DNA of 64,000 nt, taken from the NCBI GenBank assembly GCA_049318805.1, contig JBMOFP010000001.1, positions 61,247 through 125,246 of the forward strand. Reading direction: 5' to 3'. Made by a program: the position numbers and the translations under genes. Positions within the stretch are counted from its first letter, which is position 1, and each line of letters opens with the position of its first letter. The stretch comes from Bradymonadia bacterium (lineage in GTDB: Bacteria; Myxococcota_A; Bradymonadia; UBA7976; UBA1532). The notes beneath the pieces are model-generated. The model ran no database searches. It worked only from the letters and a program-made list of their open reading frames with translations, and was not told where the DNA came from. This document shows positions 27,960-36,685 of the stretch, one piece after another.

Positions 27960-28832
27960 TCAGACAGAGGCGGTTTGGACGAGGTGGTTCCAGGTCAGCG
28001 TGCCGGCGTCGAGGGCGGCGCGCACGGCGGGTGGTGCGAGGTGCACCAGCTCCCGCGCCTCGGGGACATGGCTCTTGCCCGCGGCGAGCGTCGCCGCAGC
28101 GCGGGTCTGCGGGTCGGGCTCGGTCACGGCGCGTCGGAGCGCTTCGAGCGCTCGGGTGTCGGGGTACGGCCCCACGCAGCGCCACAGCTCCCAGCTCACG
28201 GGGCGGCTCGCGGCCCAGCGCTCGAAGGCGTAGTCGGCCATCATGCGCGCCAACGACGGGTTATGGCGGGTGTCGAGCCCCTGGATCGGGTCGAGCGTGG
28301 CGCCGACAAAGAGCGCCTTCAGGCAAAGCTGGTTCCACGCGACCTCGTCGAAGCGCTCGGCGGGGTAAGGGTTCCGGTGGGCGATGGCCTCGAAGACCGC
28401 GCGGATGCTGGTTCGGCAGCCGTCCGTCGCGCGCCAGAGGAAACGCTCGGGCTCGGGGTAGAGCGGCAGGCCCTTGTAGAACGTGACCTGCTCACCCACG
28501 TCGGCCGTGCGCCAGAGCGCGTGAAACGCCGCGTGAAACGCCTCGCCGCGGTGGGCGGCGGTCAGCACGAGGGCGAGGCGCGCGGCCTGGTCCACGCTCA
28601 GGCCGAGCGGCTCCCACCCCGGCCGCCGACGTGAGGCCTCGGCGCGGTCCTCCGGGGAGAGCGCGAGGTCCGCTTTGCCCAGCGCGCGGGGCACCAGGCC
28701 GACGGCGACGTAGAGGTCCTTGTCCGTATGGGGGCCGGCCAGCAGCGCCCGGCGCTCGTCGAGCCAGGCACGCGGCGCGGCCTCGAGCTGACGATTCAGC
28801 CAGGCGTCGAGCAGGGCGAGAACATCGGACAC
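27960..28832 (-). CDS. eboA: EboA-domain protein
   Basis: DQAAR, LPLYP, FEAIAHRNPYP, WNQLCLKALF, DYAFERWAA.R.V and LWRCV motifs. Confidence 0.85.
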   Translation of the reverse strand: MSDVLALLDAWLNRQLEAAPRAWLDERRALLAGPHTDKDLYVAVGLVPRALGKADLALSPEDRAEASRRRPGWEPLGLSVDQAARLALVLTAAHRGEAFHAAFHALWRTADVGEQVTFYKGLPLYPEPERFLWRATDGCRTSIRAVFEAIAHRNPYPAERFDEVAWNQLCLKALFVGATLDPIQGLDTRHNPSLARMMADYAFERWAASRPVSWELWRCVGPYPDTRALEALRRAVTEPDPQTRAAATLAAGKSHVPEARELVHLAPPAVRAALDAGTLTWNHLVQTASV

Positions 28833-28914
28833 GAGGACTCCTTCACCACGGGAACGTGCGCATGGAAGCGGATGCAGCGACGGGACGCAATGTCACGGAG
28901 GATCGTGCGGAGAT

Positions 28915-29784
28915 CTACCGGGCGTCCGCGAGGGCTTGAACGGCAGACTGAACCGTGAGCGCGGCGGCGGCCAGGTCCGGGTCGTCGTCGCGGAAGAGCG
29001 CGTCGGGCTCCAGGGGCGCGCCGACCGTGTACTTGAGCGACCACGGCACGATGGGCCAGAAGACGAACGGTGAGCCGAGCCAGAGCCAAATGAGCAGGGC
29101 ACGGACGCTCGGCTCGAGGGGCACGAAGCGCCAGATGACCAGCGAGACGAGGACACCGAGCACGCTGAGGCCCCAGCGTTTCATGCCGATCAGGCGCGGC
29201 AACACGAGCACCCAAGAGAGCCACCGCGCCCGAAGCAACATGGGGGCCGTGAAGTGGCTGCCGCGGATGCCGAGCGGCACGATGGGTACCCCGGCCGCCT
29301 GCGCGACCCGCAGGAAGCCGCGCCGGCCGCCGAAGTCCACGCGCCGCGCTTGCCAGAGGGGGCGCAGGGTCTCGTGGTCCCCCCCCGGGAAAACGAGCAG
29401 CGAGACCCCCGCCGAGAGTGCCGCGGCCGCATCGGCGTAGGTCGAGGGCACCGCGCCGACACGCGCGAGCACCGCCGACGCCGGGAAGATCTTCAGCCCG
29501 AGCGGGTGGGCGAAGCCCGCGAGGGGCCGTGAGCCGCCGAATCGTTCGAGCCAGAGCCCCATCAGACACAGAATCTCCGCCAGCCCGACGCCGGCCGAAT
29601 GGTTCGCGACGAGCAGGTAGGGCCGGTCCGTGGGCAGATGCTCCGCGCCGACGAGACGCGGTCGAAACGCCCAGCGAAGGCAAGGCCACACCCAGCGCGA
29701 GAACCACCGGGCGAACGCGGGATCCACGCGGCCCGGAGCCTCCACCCTCGGCGTGCGCCACCTGCGGGTCGGGTCGTTCGCCAT
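28915..29784 (-). CDS. Lysophospholipid/glycerol acyltransferase (PlsC-like)
   Basis: LLVANHS, VFPGG, RRGFLRVA..AGVPIVP motifs. Confidence 0.85.
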   Translation of the reverse strand: MANDPTRRWRTPRVEAPGRVDPAFARWFSRWVWPCLRWAFRPRLVGAEHLPTDRPYLLVANHSAGVGLAEILCLMGLWLERFGGSRPLAGFAHPLGLKIFPASAVLARVGAVPSTYADAAAALSAGVSLLVFPGGDHETLRPLWQARRVDFGGRRGFLRVAQAAGVPIVPLGIRGSHFTAPMLLRARWLSWVLVLPRLIGMKRWGLSVLGVLVSLVIWRFVPLEPSVRALLIWLWLGSPFVFWPIVPWSLKYTVGAPLEPDALFRDDDPDLAAAALTVQSAVQALADAR

Positions 29785-29859
29785 CCCGCGAGCATGCGCG
29801 ACGCCCCCGACGCCGACAAGGCGTTGTATCAAGGCGGTCACCGCGAGGACGCTGTGCCC

Positions 29860-30537
29860 GTGTCCTTCGCACGCGCGCTTCTGGTGGTGGTCGGGGCAAC
29901 GCTCCCGGGGGCGGCGTCGGACCTCGTCTCGCTCTCGACGGTCGCCCCGGCCGTGCGCCAGGCGATGCCGTATGCGGGCGCCGAGAACTTCACCGGAGCC
30001 GTCGTGCCGGGCTATGCGGGTCGAGACTGCCGACTGCGGCGCCCGGTCGCGCGCGCGCTGGCCCGCGCCCAGGCGGCGCTGCACGCACGCGGGCTGGGCC
30101 TCGTGGTCTTCGACTGCGAGCGCCCCGCCGAGGCCAGCGCGGCCTTCGTGGCGTGGGCGTCGGCACCCGACGAGCCGACGCTGCGAGAGCGCCACCACCC
30201 CGGGCTCACACGCCGCGAGGTGCTGAGTCAGGGCTTCGTCGCCGCCCGGTCGATGCACGAGACCGGCTGGGCCGTCGACGTGGGGCTCGTCGACGCCGCG
30301 ACGGGCGCTCCCCTGGACCTGGGCACCCCCTTCGACTTCTTCGACCCGCGCTCCGCCCACGACAGCCGCGAGGTGCCGCCCGAGGCCCGCGCCCACCGTG
30401 CGCTGCTGGCTCGAACCCTCCGCGCCGTAGGTCTCTCGGCGTATCGACGTGAGTGGTGGCACTACGTCTGGCGCGACGCGCGGGCCGCTACTCCGTCACA
30501 CACTCCACAGGCGCCATCGCCGCGATCCACGCCTTGA
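29860..30537 (+). CDS. ddpX: D-Ala-D-Ala dipeptidase (M15D, VanX/DdpX-like)
   Basis: YA..NFTG..VPGY, FDCERP, SMH..G.AVD, GTPFDFF and EWWHY motifs. Start is uncertain (29794-29860). Confidence 0.8.
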   Translation: MSFARALLVVVGATLPGAASDLVSLSTVAPAVRQAMPYAGAENFTGAVVPGYAGRDCRLRRPVARALARAQAALHARGLGLVVFDCERPAEASAAFVAWASAPDEPTLRERHHPGLTRREVLSQGFVAARSMHETGWAVDVGLVDAATGAPLDLGTPFDFFDPRSAHDSREVPPEARAHRALLARTLRAVGLSAYRREWWHYVWRDARAATPSHTPQAPSPRSTP

Positions 30538-31519
30538 CGAGCGCGACGCCGCGCGGGTCGGGCACGAGGTTCGGCAGCTCCGGCATCTTCTCCTCGGGGT
30601 CCGAGGACTCGAGCCGGTGCACGATGATGCTGCGCTCGGGATGGCCCGGCCACAGGTCCACGAGGCGATCCCCGGTGCCCCCGCCGGCCGCGACCGGACC
30701 CTTACACACCCCGTAGTGCGTCGGGTTCGTCTCGTCGGCCAGCAGCACCAACCCCGAGGGTCCGCCCCCGCCGCCGGGGCGATGACAGTGCGCGCAGTTC
30801 GCATCGAGCCACGAGCGTGCGCGGCGCTCGAGGTCCCCATCGCCGTAGGGGTCGACGAGCGTGGGTACCTGCTCGGCGCCCTCGGGTCGGCGTGCCAGCA
30901 CACCCGCCTCGAGGAGCCGGTCGAGCTGGTCGCCCCGGTCCATCTGGCGTGTCACGACACCCAGCGAGACGGAGACGTCGTCCCGTTCGTGACACTGCCC
31001 GCATTGGTTGCGATTCGGGACCAGGTACGTCTGCCCGTCACCGACGACGAGGCGCTTGCCGGCGATGATGCGCCGCGCCTCCCGCTGGTCCTCGTCCCAC
31101 AGGTAGACGTGGGGCTCGAAGCCCGCCTCGTCTTTGATCAACAAGCGGGTCTCGAGCACCCGCGCCCCGTCCGCGAAGGTCTTGATGAGCACGGTGCCCA
31201 CGGGCAGGTCCCACTCGCCCTCGGCGTTCGGGACCGCCTGGGTGCCCTCGGGCAGGAGGATGAAGCGCGCCTTCTCCATGCCGTCGGACCACAGCGGCGC
31301 GTTGACCTCGTAGGGCACGACCCCCGGCGCCGGTCGCTGCTCGACCATCGGACCCGCGAAGAAACCGTAGGTCGAGAGGGTGTCGTAGGGCAGCGGACCC
31401 GAGAGGTTCGGGCGTGTCGCCGTCACCTCGGCGTCGGCCACCACCGCGGCGTCCGGCTCGTTCTCCGCGCCGCACCCGAGGACGAGGAGCAGCGCCAGCG
31501 CTGTCCGCGCCCGGTGCAT
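30488..31519 (-). CDS. Diheme cytochrome c lipoprotein (SO2930/TIGR03806-like)
   Basis: Lipobox VLGC, YEVNAPLWSD, PVGTVLIKTF, ETRLL, CGQCH and CAHCH motifs. Confidence 0.85.
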   Translation of the reverse strand: MHRARTALALLLVLGCGAENEPDAAVVADAEVTATRPNLSGPLPYDTLSTYGFFAGPMVEQRPAPGVVPYEVNAPLWSDGMEKARFILLPEGTQAVPNAEGEWDLPVGTVLIKTFADGARVLETRLLIKDEAGFEPHVYLWDEDQREARRIIAGKRLVVGDGQTYLVPNRNQCGQCHERDDVSVSLGVVTRQMDRGDQLDRLLEAGVLARRPEGAEQVPTLVDPYGDGDLERRARSWLDANCAHCHRPGGGGGPSGLVLLADETNPTHYGVCKGPVAAGGGTGDRLVDLWPGHPERSIIVHRLESSDPEEKMPELPNLVPDPRGVALVKAWIAAMAPVECVTE

Positions 31520-31520
31520 T

Positions 31521-32846
31521 TCAGAGGTCCTGACCCGGCAACGGCGTGTGGGTGCAGTTCACGGTCTCGAGGTCCGTCACCGGGCCCATGAGGTTCTCGC
31601 ACCACTTGAAGTCGATGTAGTCGGCGCCGGTGTTGTTCGAGAAGCAGTTGCGACGCGCCGCGTCCGTGGCATTGGCGGGGTTCTCGAGACACCCGTCCCA
31701 CATCAGGTCCGGCAGCGGGACCGGCAGCCCGAGCGCTCCGAGGGCCCCTTGCGGGTCCGTGCCGTTGTTGTCGAAGGTGTTGTCGTGCACCCAGTTGCCC
31801 ACGGGGAACTTGTCGAAGTCCGGGTCCTCGTACTCGCCCAAAAGCGCGTCGATGTAGCTGATGATCATCATCGCGCCGCTCACGTTGCCGGTCACGGTGT
31901 TGTCGTGGAACTCGTTGTTGTCCGACGCGACGACGAGAATGCCCGTGCCGGGGGGGACGTTCGCGACGGTCGTGCCCGCGGCGCCGAAGTTCGGTGCGTT
32001 GTTGTTCTCGACCCGGTTGCGGTGGACCTTGGCCCGCGCCCCGTCCTGCACGGGCAGCTCGGGCAGGTTGAAGACCAGGATGCCGCCCGAGTTGTCGTGG
32101 GCGTAGTTGTCGTGGACCTCGGCGTCCGTCGAGTTCTCGATCTCGATGCCCGCGACGTTGCCCGAGGCCTCGCTGTTGCGCACCACGATCCGGCTGGACT
32201 GGCCGACGTAGATGCCCGCGTCGCGCGCGCCCTGGACCAGACAGCCGTCGATGAGCACATTCGCCGAGTTCACGGGGTAGAGCCCGTACGCGCCGTTCTC
32301 CGTCGAGCCCTGGGCGTCCCAGAGGACAGCAACGTTGAGGAACGTGATGCCGTCCACGTCGTCGGCCCGAATGCCGTCGCCCGGGGTGTTCTTGACCGTG
32401 AGGGCCTCGAAGGTCACGCCGTTGCCGCGCACGATCACCCCGTTGGCGCCGACATCCTGCGCGCTGAAGTCCAGGATCGTGAGTTCGCGGCCCGCGCCCT
32501 TCACCCGCACGCCGTCCACCGTGAGCGAGGCCTCGCTCACGAGCCTGAACGTGCCCTCGGCAAGGCACAGCGTGCTGCCGACCTCGGCCTCGATGAGCGC
32601 CGTCTGCAGCGCCGTCTGGTCGTCGTCGCTGGGGGCCAGCAGCGCGTCGCAGCCGTCGGGCAGCGCCGGCCCCGGATCACCGCCGACCGGAGTGCCGCCC
32701 ACGGGCGCGCCGCCGACGGGCGCGCCGCCGACGGGCGCGCCGCCCGCCCCGGAGTCCGCGGCGTCGTCGCCCGCTTCGTCCTCCCCACAGGCGCTCAGCG
32801 CCAGGCCCAAACAGAGGGCCACGACCCCCACGCTTCGCATGCTCAT
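31521..32846 (-). CDS. Parallel beta-helix repeat lipoprotein (TIGR03805-like)
   Basis: Lipobox LSAC, NGAYGLYPV, DAGIYVGQS, NVAGIEIENS and GILVFNLP; paired with the SO2930-like gene. Confidence 0.88.
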   Translation of the reverse strand: MSMRSVGVVALCLGLALSACGEDEAGDDAADSGAGGAPVGGAPVGGAPVGGTPVGGDPGPALPDGCDALLAPSDDDQTALQTALIEAEVGSTLCLAEGTFRLVSEASLTVDGVRVKGAGRELTILDFSAQDVGANGVIVRGNGVTFEALTVKNTPGDGIRADDVDGITFLNVAVLWDAQGSTENGAYGLYPVNSANVLIDGCLVQGARDAGIYVGQSSRIVVRNSEASGNVAGIEIENSTDAEVHDNYAHDNSGGILVFNLPELPVQDGARAKVHRNRVENNNAPNFGAAGTTVANVPPGTGILVVASDNNEFHDNTVTGNVSGAMMIISYIDALLGEYEDPDFDKFPVGNWVHDNTFDNNGTDPQGALGALGLPVPLPDLMWDGCLENPANATDAARRNCFSNNTGADYIDFKWCENLMGPVTDLETVNCTHTPLPGQDL

Positions 32847-32865
32847 TTTTCGCTCTCCCGTGCGT

Positions 32866-33252
32866 TCAATCCCGACCTTCGATGAGCTCGATCTTATACC
32901 CGTCCGGGTCCTGGACGAACGCGATCACCGTCGTCCCGTGTTTCATGGGACCGGCCTCGCGGGCGACCACGCCCCCGCGCGCGCGGATCGCCTCGCATGC
33001 GGCCCGCGCGTCGGGCACACCCAGCGCGATGTGGCCGAAGCCCTGGCCAAGCTCATAGCTCGACGTGTCCCAGTTGTGCGTCAGCTCGATCACCGCCCCC
33101 TCGGATTCCGGGCCGTAGCCCACGAAGGCCAGCGTGAAACGTCCGTCCGGGTAGTCCTTGCGACGCAACAGGCGCATGCCGAGGACCTCGGTGTAAAAGG
33201 CCAACGAGCGGTCGAGGTCGCCGACGCGGAGCATCGTGTGGAGGATTCGCAT
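32866..33252 (-). CDS. gloA: Lactoylglutathione lyase (glyoxalase I)
   Basis: [25 protein letters not shown] and [10 protein letters not shown] motifs. Confidence 0.97.
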   Translation of the reverse strand: MRILHTMLRVGDLDRSLAFYTEVLGMRLLRRKDYPDGRFTLAFVGYGPESEGAVIELTHNWDTSSYELGQGFGHIALGVPDARAACEAIRARGGVVAREAGPMKHGTTVIAFVQDPDGYKIELIEGRD

Positions 33253-33370
33253 GGCCTCAACGTGCCACGCGCACCCACGGGTGCCAACCCCGCTCGACGC
33301 GACCGCGGGCCGCCTTGTAGTGTGCACCGACCCTACTCGCCGTGGGCTCTGCGATGATTCGAGGCCGCCG

Positions 33371-34012
33371 TTGACGCTCAGACCCATAGCCCTCGCTCTC
33401 CGCGCCGCGCTCGTGCTCGGCCTGGGCTGCGCGGACCCCACGCCCGTGGCGGCGCCGCCGCGCGCGCCCGAGTCGGTGCCCGCGCCCTCGGCCCCCCCGG
33501 TCGACGCCGGTCCCGCGCCCGTTTCGATGGCGCCGCTCGTGCTCGCCGGCGTCTCCATGATCGTCGACGCACCGCAAGGCGCCCGCGCGCTCGGCGGCGT
33601 CGGCCCGAGCGTCCGGGTCACCGGGCCGGACGGTGCTTGCGCCGCGAACGTGTCCCGCCAGGACGCGTCCGCCTACTTCCCGACCTTCGCCGCGACCGTG
33701 GAGACGATCGAGAAGGGCGTCCTGGGCACACGGCGGGAGTTCCTACAGAAGACCCAGCGGGCCGAGAGCGATTGGACGCTGCACTACTCGAAATCGGACC
33801 CGGTCGACGTCGACAAGCTGCTCTGGGCCGTAGACGTCCGGCGGCAGTTCGGGCAAACGCAGGTCTCGTGCACTCGGGTCGGCGCTGACGAGGCCGACGT
33901 GCGGTGCGCCCTGGCGGTGTGCTCCAGTCTGCGGCCGGTCGGTGGTGAACCGGCGACCGCACCCGAGGCAAAGCCGTCCCAGGCGCCGACTCTCAGCGTC
34001 CCTGAGCCTTGA
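33371..34012 (+). CDS. Hypothetical lipoprotein
   Basis: Lipobox GLGC and Pro-rich linker; TTG start assumed. Confidence 0.6.
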   Translation: MTLRPIALALRAALVLGLGCADPTPVAAPPRAPESVPAPSAPPVDAGPAPVSMAPLVLAGVSMIVDAPQGARALGGVGPSVRVTGPDGACAANVSRQDASAYFPTFAATVETIEKGVLGTRREFLQKTQRAESDWTLHYSKSDPVDVDKLLWAVDVRRQFGQTQVSCTRVGADEADVRCALAVCSSLRPVGGEPATAPEAKPSQAPTLSVPEP

Positions 34013-34056
34013 CCCGACCCGGGGCGCTTCGAATTCAGAACGAACGGAGTGAGCGA

Positions 34057-36654
34057 ATGTCGTGTTGCCGAACGGCCGTCGTCCTGACGCTTGCGGTCCT
34101 GGCCTCGGGGTGCCTCGCGGACAACCCCGCCACCGGGGGCGACGCGAGCGCCGGCGGGGGCGCTCCGCCGGGCGCGGACTCGGGGAGCTCCGGCGGGGAC
34201 ACGCCGCCGCGGGGAGGCGACGAACCGCCGCAAGGGGGCGACGAACCGCCGCGGGGAGGCGATGAACCGCCGCAAGGGGGCGACGAGCCGCCGCAAGGGG
34301 GCGACGAGCCGCCGCAGGGCGGTGACGCGCCGCAGGGCGGTGACGCGCCGCCGCAGGGCGGTGACGCACCGCAGGGCGGCGACGCGGGGCCACCCCCGGC
34401 CGACGCGCAGCGTCCCGACGTTTTTGTGCCGCCGGGCGACCGCGACGACGACGGGGTGCCCGACGTCGACGACAACTGTCCCGACGCCCCCAACAACAAC
34501 CAGCTCGACGAAGACGACGACGGTCTCGGCGGGGTCTGCGACAACTGCCGCGACGTGCCCAACCCGGACCAGGCCGACGAAGACGGCGACGGCCAGGGCG
34601 ACCCGTGCGACCTCGACGACGGCGACGGCGACGGGATCGCCGATCGCGTCGACCTCTGCCCCCTGGACTTCGATCCGAACCAGCAGGACGTGGACGGCGA
34701 TGGCATCGGCGACGTCTGCGACAACTGCCCGGGTGCGCCGAACTTCGCACAGGCGGACGCGGACGGAGACGGTCGAGGCGACGCGTGCGAGGTCGTGGGC
34801 GACGACGACGACGACGGTGTGCCGGACGTGATGGACAACTGCCCGGCGGTCGCGAACGGCAACCAGACGGACCGCGACGAGGACGGCCGCGGAGACGTCT
34901 GCGACAACTGCCCCGGGGCGCCGAACTTCAGCCAGCGCGATGGGGACGGGGACGGCATCGGGGACGCCTGCGACGGGCTCGACGCCGACGGCGACGGTGT
35001 CTTCGACGCGGACGACGTGTGCCCTGACGTGCGGGATCCGGCCCAGCTCGACACCGACGGCGACACCTACGGCGATGCCTGTGACAACTGCCCGTTCGTC
35101 GCGAACCCGAATCAGGTCGACGCCGACCGGGACGGTATCGGGGACGCCTGCGACGGGCTCGACGCCGACGGCGACGGGGTCTTCGACGCGGACGATGTGT
35201 GCCCCGCCATCGCCGATCCCATGCAGTCGGACTTCGACCGGGACGGGCGCGGGGATGCCTGCGACGTGTGCCCTTCGGAGGCCGACCCGGGCCAGGCCGA
35301 CGCCGACCGCGACTCCTGGGGCGACGTGTGCGACGTCTGCCCGAACGTGCAGGACCCGGCCCAGCTCGACACCGACGGCGACACCCACGGCGATGCCTGT
35401 GACAACTGCCCCTTCGTCGTGAATCCGAACCAGGTCGACACAGACCGCAACGGCATCGGCGAGGCCTGCGAGGTCGCGCCCGCGGACCTGCGGGTCGAGG
35501 TGACCTGGGTGGGCGGCACCTCGGACGTGGACCTGCACATGCTGCATCCGAACGGCTCGTGGAACGTCGCGCCCTGGGACCTGTACTACGCGAACCGGTC
35601 GCCGCAGTGGGCGAACCCGGGCTTCATCCTCGACCTGCTCGACCCGCCTGCGGCCGGCCAGCCGGGCGAGCAGATCGAGATCACCGAGTTGGAACCGGGG
35701 GTCTACACCGTGGGCGCGTTCCTGTATGCCGACGACGGGCACGTCGGCGGGATCGATGTCTCCGCGCGCATCGAGTGCAACGGCGTGGTCACGCGTTTCG
35801 GGCCGCAGCGGCTCGTCAATGACAACCAGGCCGACGCGGGCGGTGACCTGTGGCAGATCGCGACCGTCCGGCTGCCGGACTGCCGCGTCGAGGCGATCGC
35901 CGCGCCACGCAGCGTCGTGCGGCTCAACTGCGACCCGGGGGCGCAATGCGGATTCTGCGCCAACTGCGTGCGGGGTGCATGTGCCGGCGATCCTTGCGGC
36001 GCGCTCACCTGCGACCCGACGAACGGCGCGTGCATCGACAACTGCGCGGGTGTGCGTTGCCCTGTGGGGCAGGTGTGCGAGCAAGACACCGGTGTCTGCG
36101 CGGTGCCCTCCGCCGGGGTGTGTGATGCCTGCGAGGTGGACGCCGACTGCAACGCCGAGGGCACCGACACCTGCGTGCAGAACCCGCGTGTCCCCGGGGA
36201 GTTCTACTGCGCCGTCAGCGGCTGCGGGGCGCAGGGCTGCGCCGGAGGCCGGGCGTGTCAGACCCTCGCGGAGGGGGACATCTGCGTCCCCCTCGCCGGG
36301 ACCTGCGTCGACCGATGCGCGAACGTGGACTGCAACTTCTTCGAGGTGTGCGATCCCGCGACGGGCGCGTGTGTCTTCAACACGCCGTGTTTGCTCAACA
36401 TCGACTGCGAACAGGGGCAGTACTGCGACCGGCTCTCCGGGGGCTGTGTGGCGCCCGGGGTCGAGGCCGGTCTCGCCTTGCGCTCGGCGTGCGGCATGGA
36501 TGGGCAGTGCCGCAGCGGGTTGGTCTGCGAGAACGAGCGCGGGGTGCTCCGCTGCCTCGAGCCGTGCGACGGCCCGCCGGACTGCGCCCAGAACGCGCGA
36601 TGCACCGTCTCGGCGCGGGCCAACGGCGCGCGGGCGTACTGCGCGCTTCCGTAG
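34057..36654 (+). CDS. Thrombospondin type-3 repeat lipoprotein with YfaP-like domain and Cys-rich tail
   Basis: Lipobox ASGC, many D.DGDG.GD.CDNCP...N..Q repeats, LRVEVTW..DVDLH domain and a C-terminal Cys-rich region. Confidence 0.88.
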   Translation: MSCCRTAVVLTLAVLASGCLADNPATGGDASAGGGAPPGADSGSSGGDTPPRGGDEPPQGGDEPPRGGDEPPQGGDEPPQGGDEPPQGGDAPQGGDAPPQGGDAPQGGDAGPPPADAQRPDVFVPPGDRDDDGVPDVDDNCPDAPNNNQLDEDDDGLGGVCDNCRDVPNPDQADEDGDGQGDPCDLDDGDGDGIADRVDLCPLDFDPNQQDVDGDGIGDVCDNCPGAPNFAQADADGDGRGDACEVVGDDDDDGVPDVMDNCPAVANGNQTDRDEDGRGDVCDNCPGAPNFSQRDGDGDGIGDACDGLDADGDGVFDADDVCPDVRDPAQLDTDGDTYGDACDNCPFVANPNQVDADRDGIGDACDGLDADGDGVFDADDVCPAIADPMQSDFDRDGRGDACDVCPSEADPGQADADRDSWGDVCDVCPNVQDPAQLDTDGDTHGDACDNCPFVVNPNQVDTDRNGIGEACEVAPADLRVEVTWVGGTSDVDLHMLHPNGSWNVAPWDLYYANRSPQWANPGFILDLLDPPAAGQPGEQIEITELEPGVYTVGAFLYADDGHVGGIDVSARIECNGVVTRFGPQRLVNDNQADAGGDLWQIATVRLPDCRVEAIAAPRSVVRLNCDPGAQCGFCANCVRGACAGDPCGALTCDPTNGACIDNCAGVRCPVGQVCEQDTGVCAVPSAGVCDACEVDADCNAEGTDTCVQNPRVPGEFYCAVSGCGAQGCAGGRACQTLAEGDICVPLAGTCVDRCANVDCNFFEVCDPATGACVFNTPCLLNIDCEQGQYCDRLSGGCVAPGVEAGLALRSACGMDGQCRSGLVCENERGVLRCLEPCDGPPDCAQNARCTVSARANGARAYCALP
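34204..34386 (+). repeat. In-frame 18-21-bp tandem repeat (PP[QR]GGD[EA]), about 9 units
   Basis: Repeated ccgccgcaagggggcgacga units in the lipoprotein linker. Confidence 0.85.
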
Positions 36655-36685
36655 TCGTTCGCGCCCGCGGAGGCGCGGCGCGGAC

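Noticed and set aside
30488-30537. Convergent 3' overlaps (ddpX/cytochrome at 30488-30537; also 61345-61400)
   Set aside because: Short low-complexity tail overlaps are common in GC-rich genomes and there is no sign of function.
33254-33290. TGGCAC motifs upstream of gloA as a sigma-54 promoter
   Set aside because: The GG-GC spacing is off by one in one case and the -12 TTGC is absent in the other.
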